Assembly: GCA_041649175.1 (NCBI GenBank)
Contig: JBAZNR010000002.1
Coordinates: 47,149-111,148, forward strand
DNA: 64,000 bases
Origin: Candidatus Omnitrophota bacterium
GTDB lineage: Bacteria > Omnitrophota > Gorgyraeia > Zapsychrales > JBAZNR01
Reading direction: 5' to 3'
In this document: one piece after another, positions 28,037 through 38,113 of the stretch
Layout: every line of letters begins with the position of its first letter
Position numbering within the stretch: the stretch's first letter is position 1
The notes under the pieces: generated by a model
Databases searched by the model: none
Seen by the model: only the letters and a program-made list of their open reading frames with translations
What the model was told of the DNA's origin: nothing
Program-made: the position numbers and the translations under genes

Positions 28037-28609
28037 TTATTTTCCGCGGGAATTTGTATCGAAAGAGTTTTGAATGTCGTTTCCGACATCATCGATTGTA
28101 TCATCTTCGTCTTGGGGCGCAATGACCCGAATAACCGTTCTTGCCCTGACTTCGGCCTCTGTGCCGGCAATATTCAAGGGAAGTGTTGCTTTGACAAAAT
28201 ACGGACCCGGATCGACCGGAGATAAAGGCCCTGCGGGATTTCCATACGGAGGAACAGATAAGACCATGCTTCCATAGGCTACAGAAGCGCGACTTTTGGA
28301 ATAGGCGCCGTCATTGGAGGGGTGATTGGTCCCGTTGACTTCGCTGTGATGGTTACGCGTGCGGCCGTACACGTCGGTTGCCAGATCAAACCTTACAGTG
28401 ATAACATTGTTGTCTGCGCCGCCAACAGCCACGTATCCGTCCGATTCATTATTGATCTCAATTTGATAGTAGATCGTCTCACCCGGCGCGTAAACGGCTT
28501 TGTCTGTTTTGATCTCAACGCTGACCGGTTCTTCGATGGCATAGCTCAAAGCGCTTAACCCGACCACAAACGATAATGCTGTTAACATGACCAATGATCT
28601 TTTTTTCAT
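28037..28609 (-). CDS. hypothetical secreted protein
   Basis: 190 aa. Signal peptide MKKRSLVMLTALSFVVGLSALSYA. No recognisable motif. Confidence 0.5.
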   Translation of the reverse strand: MKKRSLVMLTALSFVVGLSALSYAIEEPVSVEIKTDKAVYAPGETIYYQIEINNESDGYVAVGGADNNVITVRFDLATDVYGRTRNHHSEVNGTNHPSNDGAYSKSRASVAYGSMVLSVPPYGNPAGPLSPVDPGPYFVKATLPLNIAGTEAEVRARTVIRVIAPQDEDDTIDDVGNDIQNSFDTNSRGK

Positions 28610-28788
28610 GCAAGGATCTCCTTTTGGGATTAAATTTTAGTATCCACAATATAGCATACCGAACGGCCATTAGCAAACTTGGGGGATTTTTAATGTTCTT
28701 CTGATAACTAATCTGGTTTTTTCTCCTCGATTGTGGTACACTCCTTTTTCGCTATAAGACGCTAAAAATTAAATAAGGTGGATTTAAT

Positions 28789-30405
28789 ATGATCTCAGTC
28801 AGTAATGTTTCTTTGCAATATGGCCAGCGCAAGCTTTTCTCCGGCGCGAATATTTTGTTCACAGCGGGGAATTGTTATGGGCTTATTGGCGCCAACGGTT
28901 CCGGAAAATCCACCTTCCTTAAGATCCTTTCCGGCGAAGTGGACACAACCTCCGGAGAAGTTTCCGTGACGCCGGGCAAGCGTATTTCGGTTTTAAAACA
29001 AGACCAATTTGCTTTTGATGAATTTTCGGTCCTCACCACCGTTATTATGGGCCACAAAAAGCTTTACGATATTATCGCTGAAAAAGACGCGCTTTACGCC
29101 AAGCCGGATTTTTCCGATGCTGATGGGATGCGCATGGCGGACTTAGACCACGAATTTTCCGCGCTGGACGGCTGGAACGCCGAATCGGAAGCCGCTAAAC
29201 TCTTAAATAGTCTCGGCATCGGCGAAGAGCTTTGCCAGCTTTCCATGAAACAGCTAAAGGCCGGACAAAAAGTGCGTGTTCTTTTAGCGCAAGCCTTATT
29301 CGGCAATCCGGATATTTTACTGTTAGACGAACCCACCAATCACTTAGACATCAATACCTGTATGTGGCTGGAAGAATTTTTGTGTGATTTTGAAAATGTG
29401 GCCATCGTCGTTTCTCACGACCGCCATTTTTTAGATAAGGTTTGCACGCATATTGCCGATATTGATTTTGGAAAGATACAACTTTATCCGGGTAATTATA
29501 CATTTTGGCAGGAATCAAGCCAATTGGCGCTTCGTCAGCGCAGTGAGGACAATCGAAAAACAGAAGAAAAGCGCAAAGAATTGCAAGATTTTATCGCGCG
29601 TTTTAGCGCCAATGCTTCAAAATCCAGGCAAGCCACCAGCCGAAAAAAGATCTTAGAAAAACTCACCATTGAAGAAATTCGCCCCTCCTCACGCAAATAT
29701 CCGTATTTAGGTTTTGAGCCCGAGCGCGAAGCCGGCAATGATCTTTTAACCATCAAAGATCTTTCTAAGTCTTTAGACGGACAAGTGATGTTTGAGAAGC
29801 TCAATATCACCATTGAAAAAGGCGATAAAGTGGCTTTTGTGGGGCCAAACGATCTGGCGCGCACCATGCTTTTTCAAATCTTAACCGATGAATTAAAGCC
29901 GGACGAGGGAAGTTTTAAATGGGGATTTTCTACGCGGCGTGCGTATTTTCCCAAAGATAATGTTAAATATTTTCAAAGTGAGCTGAATATCATTGATTGG
30001 CTTCGTCAATTTTCGGATAATAAGGATGAAAATTTCGTGCGCGGATTTTTAGGGCGCATGTTGTTTTCGGGCGAAGAAACATTTAAACCCGTGAACGTTC
30101 TCTCCGGAGGGGAAAAGGTGCGCTGTATGTTGGCGCGCGCCATGCTTATAAAACCCAATGTTCTTATTTTAGACGAACCCACCAATCATTTGGATCTGGA
30201 ATCTTTAACCGCGCTAAACCGGGGATTACAAAAATTCAACGGAACCATTCTTTTTTCTTCGCATGACCATCAACTGGTGCAAACCGTCGCCAATCGCATT
30301 ATCGAAATTACGCCCAAAGGTTACGTGGATATGATCGCCACTACCTTTGATGAATATTTGGCGGACGAACGCACCAAAGAACGTTTGAAGGAATTTTATT
30401 TATAA
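28789..30405 (+). CDS. ABC-F family ATPase (tandem ABC domains, no TMD), YbiT-like
   Basis: 538 aa. Two Walker A motifs (GANGSGKST and GPNDLARTM) and two signature/Walker B motifs (LLLDEPTNHLD twice). Confidence 0.85.
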   Translation: MISVSNVSLQYGQRKLFSGANILFTAGNCYGLIGANGSGKSTFLKILSGEVDTTSGEVSVTPGKRISVLKQDQFAFDEFSVLTTVIMGHKKLYDIIAEKDALYAKPDFSDADGMRMADLDHEFSALDGWNAESEAAKLLNSLGIGEELCQLSMKQLKAGQKVRVLLAQALFGNPDILLLDEPTNHLDINTCMWLEEFLCDFENVAIVVSHDRHFLDKVCTHIADIDFGKIQLYPGNYTFWQESSQLALRQRSEDNRKTEEKRKELQDFIARFSANASKSRQATSRKKILEKLTIEEIRPSSRKYPYLGFEPEREAGNDLLTIKDLSKSLDGQVMFEKLNITIEKGDKVAFVGPNDLARTMLFQILTDELKPDEGSFKWGFSTRRAYFPKDNVKYFQSELNIIDWLRQFSDNKDENFVRGFLGRMLFSGEETFKPVNVLSGGEKVRCMLARAMLIKPNVLILDEPTNHLDLESLTALNRGLQKFNGTILFSSHDHQLVQTVANRIIEITPKGYVDMIATTFDEYLADERTKERLKEFYL

Positions 30406-30638
30406 TGGAAGACGAGCTTAAACCCCAGCCGTTAGACGCCTTGATGATCCGTTTAAAATTATCCAATCACGATCTGGTGGCGGCATCCACCGAACAGCTG
30501 ACGCATAAAATGGTGGCGAAGGGAAGAAAAGGAAAAAAACTTACCCCCAATGTTCAGCGCAAGATCCTTTTAAGCCTGCAAACACTTTTCCCGGAAGAAA
30601 AGCTTAATCTAAAAAAAGTTTTTGAATTTTCAGAATAA
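30405..30638 (+). CDS. small hypothetical protein (77 aa) between the two ABC-F genes
   Basis: Start overlaps the upstream stop (ATAATGG). Lys-rich. No motif. Confidence 0.3.
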   Translation: MEDELKPQPLDALMIRLKLSNHDLVAASTEQLTHKMVAKGRKGKKLTPNVQRKILLSLQTLFPEEKLNLKKVFEFSE

Positions 30639-30684
30639 ACTCTTTTCCTTTGAGATTTTTTCATAAGGATACGATCGTTCACTT

Positions 30685-32604
30685 ATGGCACTTATTAGCT
30701 TACAGGAAATATCGCTCGCTTTCGGCGGGCCAAAGATCTTCGAGAATTTAAGCTTTCAGCTTGAAGTGGGCGAACGCGTCGCTTTGCTGGGCCGTAATGG
30801 GACAGGCAAAACCACTTTAATGAAGGTGATCGCCGGCCAAGTGAGCATTGATATCGGCCAAGTTGTTCGGCAACAAGGAATTGAAATAACGCATTTACCG
30901 CAAGAGATCCCATCGGATATTAAGGGAACCGTTTTTGATATTGTCGCCTCCGGCTTAGGCAAGCGCGGCGAACTGCTTAAAGATTATTATCACGTCAGCC
31001 ATCGCTTGCACGCCGAACACACTCCCGAACTGATGAAACAGCTCGACCGTTTGCAAGGCGAGCTTGACCGCACCCAAAGCTGGGACACCAACAACAAGGT
31101 TGATGAAGTCATTTCGCATATGAAGCTTGATCCGGAAAGTGATTTTTCCGAGCTTTCCGGCGGACAGAAGCGCCGAACGCTTTTGGCGCGCGCGCTGGTT
31201 ATTGAGCCCGATATTTTACTTTTAGACGAACCGACCAATCATTTAGACATTGATTCCATTGATTGGTTGGAAGAATTCTTAAAAAAGTTCAAAGGGACAT
31301 TGTTATTTGTGACGCACGACCGGATGTTCATGCGCCATTTGGCGACGCGTATCGTTGAGCTTGACCGGGGAAGTATTTTTAGCTGGGAATGTGATTATGA
31401 AACATTTTTAACCAGAAAACAGCTGGCTTTAGAAAATGAAGCGGCGCAGCGTTTTGAATTTGATAAAAGATTAGCGGAAGAAGAAGTGTGGATCCGTCAG
31501 GGCGTTAAAGCCCGTCGGGTGCGCAATGAAGGCCGGGTGAAAGCTCTGGAGCGTATGCGCGAAGAGAAAAAAGCTCAGCGCCAGCAAATAGGCTTAGTGA
31601 AGATGAAGGCGCAAGAGGCCGAACGCTCGGGGCATTTGGTCGCCAAAATTTCTAATTTAGGTTTTAGTTATCCCGGAAAATGTCTCATCAAAGATTTTTC
31701 CACGCAAATCATGCGCGGGGATAAAATTGGAGTGATCGGCGCCAATGGTTCCGGCAAAACAACATTACTGCGTTTGCTTTTAGGAAAAATGACGCCGGAA
31801 AAAGGCAAAGTACGCCTGGGAACAAATTTAGAAGTTGCTTATTATGATCAGTTGCGCGAACAATTAGACGAAGAAAAAACCGTTTGCGAAAATGTGACCG
31901 GCGGCGGAGATATGATCGAGATCAACGGCAAGCCTCGGCATATCATGGGATATTTGGCGGATTTTCTTTTTTCTCCTGAACGGGCGCGAACACCTGTTAA
32001 GGTGCTTTCGGGCGGGGAACGCAATCGGCTTTTTCTGGCAAGACTTTTTACCAAGCCGTCGAATGTTCTGGTGATGGATGAGCCTACCAATGATCTGGAT
32101 ATGGAAACGCTGGAGCTTTTAGAAGAACTTCTTTCGGAATATTCCGGCACGCTTCTTTTGGTGAGCCATGACCGGGCTTTTTTAAATAATGTGGTGACAG
32201 GTACATTCGTTTTGGAAGGCGACGGCGCGGTGAATGAATACGTCGGCGGATATGATGATTGGCTCGCGCAGAGAAAGCCCGTTGCTGATACAGAAAAGAA
32301 AGATGTGGGCGCCCCTGAAGAAAAAATCGTTAGGGCGCCCCAACCCTCCCAAGCCTATAACGGCCCCAGAAAACTTTCTTATAAGGAAGAGCGTGAGCTT
32401 GCCGCACTTCCGGTAAAAATTGAGAAATTGGAAGCCGAGCAAGATAAACTTTATACGCTTTTATCGGATCCCAATTTTTTTCAAAAAGATCCCGCGCAAT
32501 TTGCCAAAACGAAATCCAGATTAGAAGAAGTAGAAGACGAGCTTTTAGCCGCTTTTGAACGTTGGGAAGTCTTAGAAGGCTCTTCAGACGAGCAAACGGC
32601 GTAG
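30685..32604 (+). CDS. uup: ABC-F family ATPase with C-terminal coiled-coil/DNA-binding-like domain, Uup-like
   Basis: 639 aa. Two ABC cassettes (GRNGTGKTT and GANGSGKTT; LLLDEPTNHLD and LVMDEPTNDLD) plus a roughly 90-aa C-terminal helical tail, as in Uup. Confidence 0.8.
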   Translation: MALISLQEISLAFGGPKIFENLSFQLEVGERVALLGRNGTGKTTLMKVIAGQVSIDIGQVVRQQGIEITHLPQEIPSDIKGTVFDIVASGLGKRGELLKDYYHVSHRLHAEHTPELMKQLDRLQGELDRTQSWDTNNKVDEVISHMKLDPESDFSELSGGQKRRTLLARALVIEPDILLLDEPTNHLDIDSIDWLEEFLKKFKGTLLFVTHDRMFMRHLATRIVELDRGSIFSWECDYETFLTRKQLALENEAAQRFEFDKRLAEEEVWIRQGVKARRVRNEGRVKALERMREEKKAQRQQIGLVKMKAQEAERSGHLVAKISNLGFSYPGKCLIKDFSTQIMRGDKIGVIGANGSGKTTLLRLLLGKMTPEKGKVRLGTNLEVAYYDQLREQLDEEKTVCENVTGGGDMIEINGKPRHIMGYLADFLFSPERARTPVKVLSGGERNRLFLARLFTKPSNVLVMDEPTNDLDMETLELLEELLSEYSGTLLLVSHDRAFLNNVVTGTFVLEGDGAVNEYVGGYDDWLAQRKPVADTEKKDVGAPEEKIVRAPQPSQAYNGPRKLSYKEERELAALPVKIEKLEAEQDKLYTLLSDPNFFQKDPAQFAKTKSRLEEVEDELLAAFERWEVLEGSSDEQTA

Positions 32605-32667
32605 CATTTTTTGTTTTGCGCTGGACAAAACGGAGTTCAGGGGTGATAATCTGTTGGGTAAAATCTT

Positions 32668-33186
32668 ATGAAAAATAATCAGAAAAAATCTTTGCAGGAG
32701 ATGTTTCCTCGGCGATTCGATATCCCGGTCCTGATCATTTTTTGCGCCGGGCTATTTTGCGCCGGGCTTTCTTTGCCGCTTTTAGAGGTTAAGAATTTTA
32801 TTTTCTGGAAAGACGAATATTCGGTCATGTCGGGCGTGGTCGGGTTGTTCCATGACAGAGAATATTTCCTATCTTTTGTTATTTTTGCATTTTCGATCAT
32901 ATTTCCGGTCATAAAATTATCTACTCTTTGGATCCTTTGGAAAGTGCGTTTTAGCGCGGAAAAGCGCCAAAAAGTATTATTTTGGTTGGAACAATTAGGC
33001 AAATGGTCCATGCTGGACGTATTTGTGGTGGCGATCATGATCGTGGCGGTCAAGTTGGGGCCGCTGACAAATATTCGCCCGCGACTAGGTGTTTACGTAT
33101 TTGCCGCCGCTATTTTAGCGGCGATGCTAACGACGAAGTGGATCGAGAAATTTGCCGCGCGCGTGGCGAACAAAAATGATCAATAA
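32668..33186 (+). CDS. PqiA/YebS-family (paraquat-inducible protein A-like) membrane protein, single copy of the domain
   Basis: 172 aa, 4 TM helices. [12 protein letters not shown] motif is typical of PqiA. Confidence 0.65.
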   Translation: MKNNQKKSLQEMFPRRFDIPVLIIFCAGLFCAGLSLPLLEVKNFIFWKDEYSVMSGVVGLFHDREYFLSFVIFAFSIIFPVIKLSTLWILWKVRFSAEKRQKVLFWLEQLGKWSMLDVFVVAIMIVAVKLGPLTNIRPRLGVYVFAAAILAAMLTTKWIEKFAARVANKNDQ

Positions 33187-34735
33187 ACCCGCAAAAACCT
33201 TAGAACCGAAATTCTCTGAACAAGAGATGGACGATTGCATCGCGCTTTTGAATGCCTTCATTGAAGACAGCGAGCAATTATTCTTGATCAGCAAAGAACA
33301 GCGCATTGCCCTTGTTACCGCCGCCGGAAAACTTTCCCGCCCGGATAAGCTTGAGATCATTAAACGTCAGCGCGACCGCAAAAGAATTCAAAAACAAAAG
33401 ATCATCAATTATGAAAAGAAAGTGCGCGCCGCAACCGGTATTCGCAGCGCCCGAGAGGCGGCTGTTTTTAGCGCTCCGGCGCTGATCGCGCATGAGGATT
33501 CTTTAAAGCAGGAAAGGCCTGAGCTTTTAACGCCGCGCGATTGTTATATTTGCAAGGCTCCTTTTACCCGCGTTCATTTCTTTTATGATTCTATGTGTCC
33601 GAAATGTGCCGAATTCAATTATCAAAAACGTTTCCAAATGGCGTCATTGGAAGGGCAAACTGCGCTTATTACCGGATCGCGGTTAAAGATAGGTTATCAG
33701 GCGACTTTAATGATGCTTCGCGCCGGAGCCAGGGTTATTGCCACCACGCGTTTTCCGGTTGATTCAGCGCTGCGATTTTCTCGTGAAGAAGATTTTAAAA
33801 AATGGGGCGGGCGGCTTCATATTTATGGATTAGATCTACGGCATACGCCTAGTGTTGAGATCTTCTGTAATTTTATCGAACAGCAATATGACCGCTTGGA
33901 TATTTTGATCAATAATGCGGCGCAAACCGTGCGTCGTCCACCGGGTTTTTACGCGCATTTATTAGAGAATGAAGCTAAAAGCTTTGAAACGTTGCCGCCT
34001 GAGGTTCAGGCGCTTTTGCGTCCCTTTGAACAGTGCAAGCAAAAGCTTTCGGATGCGACGGGTCAAAATCAATTAGCGGCGAGCGCGAACTTGCCGGTCG
34101 CCTGGAACGCAAAAGCGCCGGGCTTAGGGCTTTTTGCGTCGGCTAAGTTATCTCAAGTTCCGTATTCGCACGATCATAGCTTATCGGCCGAAAAAGTTTT
34201 TCCGAAGGGCAAACTGGATGCCGATCTTCAACAAGTGGATTTGCGCGAAGTCAATAGCTGGCGGCTTCGTTTGGGCGATATTCCTACCGCCGAGATGATC
34301 GAAATCCAATTGGTCAATGCGATCGCGCCTTTTGTGTTATGCAATCGTCTTTCTAAAATGATGAAGCGGGACAATACGGGTAAAAAACATATTGTGAATG
34401 TTTCGGCGATGGAAGGGAAGTTTTTGCGTTTTGTAAAGACCGATCGCCATCCGCATACCAATATGGCCAAGGCGGCGCTCAATATGCTAACGCATACATC
34501 CGCTAGCGACTTGGCTAAAAGCGGGATTTTTATGAATTCGGTTGATACCGGATGGGTCACCGATGAAGATCCCATCGCGCTTTCTTTGCGCAAACAAGAT
34601 GTGCATGATTTTCAACCCCCCTTGGATATTGTCGACGGTGCCGCGCGGGTTTGCGATCCGTTCTTTGACGGGATCATCACCGGCAAACATTGGAACGGGC
34701 AATTCCTCAAAGATTATTTCCCCATTGATTGGTAA
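33176..34735 (+). CDS. short-chain dehydrogenase/reductase (SDR) with N-terminal basic region and CxxC...CxxC zinc-ribbon extension
   Basis: SDR motif [25 protein letters not shown]. Upstream CYICKAPF...CPKC zinc ribbon and a [13 protein letters not shown] basic stretch. Start taken at MINKP (33176); the track ORF runs from 33152. Confidence 0.7.
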   Translation: MINKPAKTLEPKFSEQEMDDCIALLNAFIEDSEQLFLISKEQRIALVTAAGKLSRPDKLEIIKRQRDRKRIQKQKIINYEKKVRAATGIRSAREAAVFSAPALIAHEDSLKQERPELLTPRDCYICKAPFTRVHFFYDSMCPKCAEFNYQKRFQMASLEGQTALITGSRLKIGYQATLMMLRAGARVIATTRFPVDSALRFSREEDFKKWGGRLHIYGLDLRHTPSVEIFCNFIEQQYDRLDILINNAAQTVRRPPGFYAHLLENEAKSFETLPPEVQALLRPFEQCKQKLSDATGQNQLAASANLPVAWNAKAPGLGLFASAKLSQVPYSHDHSLSAEKVFPKGKLDADLQQVDLREVNSWRLRLGDIPTAEMIEIQLVNAIAPFVLCNRLSKMMKRDNTGKKHIVNVSAMEGKFLRFVKTDRHPHTNMAKAALNMLTHTSASDLAKSGIFMNSVDTGWVTDEDPIALSLRKQDVHDFQPPLDIVDGAARVCDPFFDGIITGKHWNGQFLKDYFPIDW

Positions 34736-34777
34736 AAAGCGGCTGCCTTGCGGAACAATAATAAATAATTATTTACA

Positions 34778-34806
34778 TTGACAAAGTTATATTCGTCGTC
34801 TATAGT
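34778..34806 (+). promoter_or_regulatory. sigma70 promoter TTGACA-17bp-TATAGT driving cspA
   Basis: -35 at 34778-34783, a 17-bp spacer, -10 at 34801-34806. About 190 nt upstream of the cspA ATG (cold-shock genes typically have long 5' UTRs). Confidence 0.65.
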
Positions 34807-34840
34807 TACGTTGCAGTAAATAGTGGAAAAGATTCTGAAG

Positions 34841-34880
34841 ACCGTAAGGAACAGGATTAACTGCCTTACGGTTTTTGTTT
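34841..34880 (+). promoter_or_regulatory. terminator-like hairpin plus U-tract inside the cspA 5' UTR (candidate attenuator)
   Basis: ACCGTAAGG at 34841-34849 pairs with CCTTACGGT at 34864-34872, followed by TTTTGTTT. Lies between the promoter and the cspA start codon. Confidence 0.5.
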
Positions 34881-34998
34881 CTGCAGTATGTTGTCTTCGA
34901 AGTTTAAGAGAACCAGTGCTTTGTAAACCTTGATAAGGTCACAGAAGTTAGCATTGCCAATATTTACTCAATTCTAGTGAAAGGAGGACAGTAAATAC

Positions 34999-35199
34999 AT
35001 GGCACAAGGTAAAGTAAAATGGTTCAATGACCAAAAAGGTTTTGGATTTATTACTCCCGAAAACGGCAACGATGTATTTGTTCACCACAGCGCTATTCAA
35101 GGCGATGGTTACAAATCATTAGCCGAAGGTCAGGCGGTTTCTTTTGATATCACCACCGGCCCTAAAGGAGAACAAGCTCAAAACGTTGTTAAATTGTAA
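34999..35199 (+). CDS. cspA: cold-shock protein (CspA family, S1-like OB fold)
   Basis: 66 aa. [17 protein letters not shown] (RNP1) and VFVHHSAI (RNP2). RBS AAGGAGGA. Confidence 0.95.
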   Translation: MAQGKVKWFNDQKGFGFITPENGNDVFVHHSAIQGDGYKSLAEGQAVSFDITTGPKGEQAQNVVKL

Positions 35200-35217
35200 T
35201 TGAACAACAAGTAAAAA

Positions 35218-35256
35218 GGCCCGATGACCGCTAAGGTCATCGGGCCTTTTTATTTT
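35218..35256 (+). terminator. rho-independent terminator of cspA
   Basis: GGCCCGATGACC-GCTAA-GGTCATCGGGCC followed by TTTTTATTTT. Confidence 0.85.
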
Positions 35257-35432
35257 CCAGCCGTTTTAAATATTAATCTAAATTATCAAAATTCATCTTG
35301 ATTTTAAAATGGGTGGGGAGTAAAGTAAGACAAGTGATTTGGTTAAGTCCCGAGTTGAAGGGGGAACCCGGACTCTAAAAAAGTAAAACCTTCGTTCAAT
35401 AAAATTTATTCGAACGGAGGATTTTTTATTTT

Positions 35433-36695
35433 ATGAATATGACCCAACTCTTAGCCCTTAGTCTTAGCATTTTCCTCGCTTCAGCTTCTTTCTCTTTCGC
35501 TCTCCAGGCAGCACCGGATCAGGAAAAATATCAAAAAGACATGGTCAATGTGTTCGATGGTAATTTTTCTGCCGCACAAGAAGTGCGCGATGACATTCGG
35601 GCTATTGAAGAAGCCATTGACGAAAGCCCGGGAGACCCGTCTCTTTATTATGAGCTTGCACTCATTTATGGCAGTGTAAAGAACTATTCCAAGACCATAG
35701 AATTTCTTAAAAAGACTATTGCCTATTCGTCGGACGATCAAAAGCTGCTTATTGCTCTTCACTGCATTTTGGCCAAGCAGTATATGTGGATAAAGGATTT
35801 TAATAAAGCCAGAGAAGCGATCGATAAGATCCGAGGGCATGACCCTGAGAATTTATTTGTTTACACAGTGGATACGGAATATTTTATTCTTAAGAAAGAC
35901 TGGGTTAAAGCAGCCAAGAAGCTAAAAGAAGCAGAAGGGGCCTGTGCGGCCGAAAATATCGATTGCTATTGGGATGCCTGGAACTTTTGCTTGAAGAAAG
36001 TAAAGAGCAAAAAAGATATTATCGAACTTTTTCGGCTCGGGGTTGAAGAAAATCCAAACTCTGCCAAGGCGCATAGGGCGTATGCGGCGGCTTTAAGGGG
36101 GAGCTTTGAGACGATCCAGGAGGATTTCCCGATCGTTATGCAGGAACTTCAAAAAGCGTACGAACTCGATCCCAAATATGTTCCGACGATGTTAATGATC
36201 GCCAATACGCATATGTTCCTGGGGATCTCTTCAAAAGATAAAAGCCATTTTAAGGATGCTCTTTCATGGTTCAGTAAAGCGCGAAGCGCGGATCCTAAAA
36301 ATTTGCGTTCACTTTATGCCTTAGGCTATTTTTATTATTTGACGGGCGATAATCTAAAAGCGATCAAAAAACTGGAATATTTGCTCAAGAAAAATCCCGA
36401 CGATGAAGACGTGACAGAGATCTTGGCGTACTCTTATAATAACCAAGCATTTCACGCACATTATGAAACTGGAAAAAACTTATCCCGGGGCCTTAGGCTT
36501 ATTGAGAAGGCGATCAAGTTGCTTCCTTATAGCGCGGTGATCCTCAGCACGAAAGCCGAGCTTCTCTATAAAATGGGAAAGCTTTCGGAAGCTAAGAAGG
36601 TGATCAATCAAGCTGCGGTTTTTGCGCCGAGCCATCCCTCTGTCAAAAAGGACATTTTTGTGATTGAAGAAGCGCTTAAAAGTCGCGGACAATAA
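35433..36695 (+). CDS. secreted tetratricopeptide (TPR) repeat protein
   Basis: 420 aa. Signal peptide. Multiple TPR-like 34-aa helical repeats with A/Y/L positions. Confidence 0.7.
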   Translation: MNMTQLLALSLSIFLASASFSFALQAAPDQEKYQKDMVNVFDGNFSAAQEVRDDIRAIEEAIDESPGDPSLYYELALIYGSVKNYSKTIEFLKKTIAYSSDDQKLLIALHCILAKQYMWIKDFNKAREAIDKIRGHDPENLFVYTVDTEYFILKKDWVKAAKKLKEAEGACAAENIDCYWDAWNFCLKKVKSKKDIIELFRLGVEENPNSAKAHRAYAAALRGSFETIQEDFPIVMQELQKAYELDPKYVPTMLMIANTHMFLGISSKDKSHFKDALSWFSKARSADPKNLRSLYALGYFYYLTGDNLKAIKKLEYLLKKNPDDEDVTEILAYSYNNQAFHAHYETGKNLSRGLRLIEKAIKLLPYSAVILSTKAELLYKMGKLSEAKKVINQAAVFAPSHPSVKKDIFVIEEALKSRGQ

Positions 36696-36738
36696 CGCTG
36701 GGAAAATTTATTTTGACTGCTATAATAGGCGCAAGTCT

Positions 36739-37080
36739 ATGACGAAACGATCGATTCCTTTTATCTTTGTTGTCGCTTTACTTTTTACCGGTGCAATTTC
36801 TTTTGCGCAGCAAGAGGTGACATTGCCGCCGGCCAGTAGCGTCAATCAGCCGGTTCCCGAAGGGATGGAAGCGGTGCAGATCGGCGCCAGCGCGGTGTTG
36901 ATCATCCCCAAAGGAGCTAAAACACGTAAAGTCGGCGCGCAAATCATCGTGGAAGGCACGAAAGAATACATGGCGCGCAAAACTTTCGAGATCGAAGAGC
37001 GCCTTTTAGAGATCGAAAAACGTCAATCAGATATGGCCAAAGATATCGAATCTCTTAAAAACGCCAGAGAAATCAAATGA
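36739..37080 (+). CDS. small secreted hypothetical protein with C-terminal coiled coil
   Basis: Internal ATG 36739 gives MTKRSIPFIFVVALLFTGAISFA, a signal peptide. The 3' end overlaps the hemE start (ATGA). Confidence 0.4.
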   Translation: MTKRSIPFIFVVALLFTGAISFAQQEVTLPPASSVNQPVPEGMEAVQIGASAVLIIPKGAKTRKVGAQIIVEGTKEYMARKTFEIEERLLEIEKRQSDMAKDIESLKNAREIK

Positions 37081-38087
37081 AACCCTTATTTCTTCAAGCT
37101 TTTGAAGGGACGAATAAAACTGTCCCTGTTTGGTTTATGCGCCAGGCCGGGCGCTTCCTGCCGCAATATCGTGCTTTAAAGGAAAAATATTCTTTAAACG
37201 AGATGTTCCAAACGCCTGAATTGGCATCGGAGATCACGGTTCAACCTATTGATGCCTTGGGCGTGGATGCGGCTATTTTATTCGCGGATATCTTAACGCT
37301 TCCTTCGGCAATGGGTTTTAACATCAAATTTTCTAATACTGATGGGCCGGTCATCGATAATTCCTTAGGAAATGCTGCCAATTTCAAAAATATTCACGAT
37401 CTTGACGATCTGTCTTTCGTTGAAAAGACGATCAAACTTGTTAACGCGCGTTTGCCGGACAATATCCCGCTTATTGGTTTTGCGGGCAGTCCTTTTACGG
37501 TTTTAAGCTATTTGGTCGAAGGCGGCTCCTCGCTTAGCTTCGCCAAGCTTTTTAAGTTCTTGGCCGAAGAACCGCAGCAATTCCATCGTCTTATGGAAAT
37601 CTTGACGAAAAATACGATCGATTATCTTAATTTGCAGAAGAAAGCTGGTATTAAAGCATTTCAGATCTTTGATACCTGGGGCGGTATTTTGCGGCCTAGC
37701 GACTACGCCCATTTTGTTTTGCCTTACGTAAAAGAGATCTTTGAAAAAGTTGATTTGCCGTCGATCTATTACGTGAAAAATTGCAGCCATTTGCTGGCGC
37801 TGATGGAGCAAACGGACGCAGATTTCCTATCGGTCTGCCATACGGTGGTTTTAGGGCATAATTCTATTTTGGAGAAAACCCAAAAAGGCGTTCAGGGAAA
37901 TTTGTTTAACGGGATTTTTTATGCGCCGAGCAAAAATCTGGAAAAAGAAGTCCGGGATGTTTTGCTCGGCGCACAACATTATAAAAAATATATTTTTAAT
38001 TTAAGTCACGGCATTTTACCTGACACGGATGTTTCAAAAGTAAAGTCAGTGGTGGAGCTGGTACACAAGTTCAAATGGCAACCGTAA
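37077..38087 (+). CDS. hemE: uroporphyrinogen decarboxylase
   Basis: 336 aa. N-terminal PVWFMRQAGR signature. Confidence 0.92.
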   Translation: MKPLFLQAFEGTNKTVPVWFMRQAGRFLPQYRALKEKYSLNEMFQTPELASEITVQPIDALGVDAAILFADILTLPSAMGFNIKFSNTDGPVIDNSLGNAANFKNIHDLDDLSFVEKTIKLVNARLPDNIPLIGFAGSPFTVLSYLVEGGSSLSFAKLFKFLAEEPQQFHRLMEILTKNTIDYLNLQKKAGIKAFQIFDTWGGILRPSDYAHFVLPYVKEIFEKVDLPSIYYVKNCSHLLALMEQTDADFLSVCHTVVLGHNSILEKTQKGVQGNLFNGIFYAPSKNLEKEVRDVLLGAQHYKKYIFNLSHGILPDTDVSKVKSVVELVHKFKWQP

Positions 38088-38113
38088 AGATCTTCCGGTC
38101 ATAATTTTATCTC

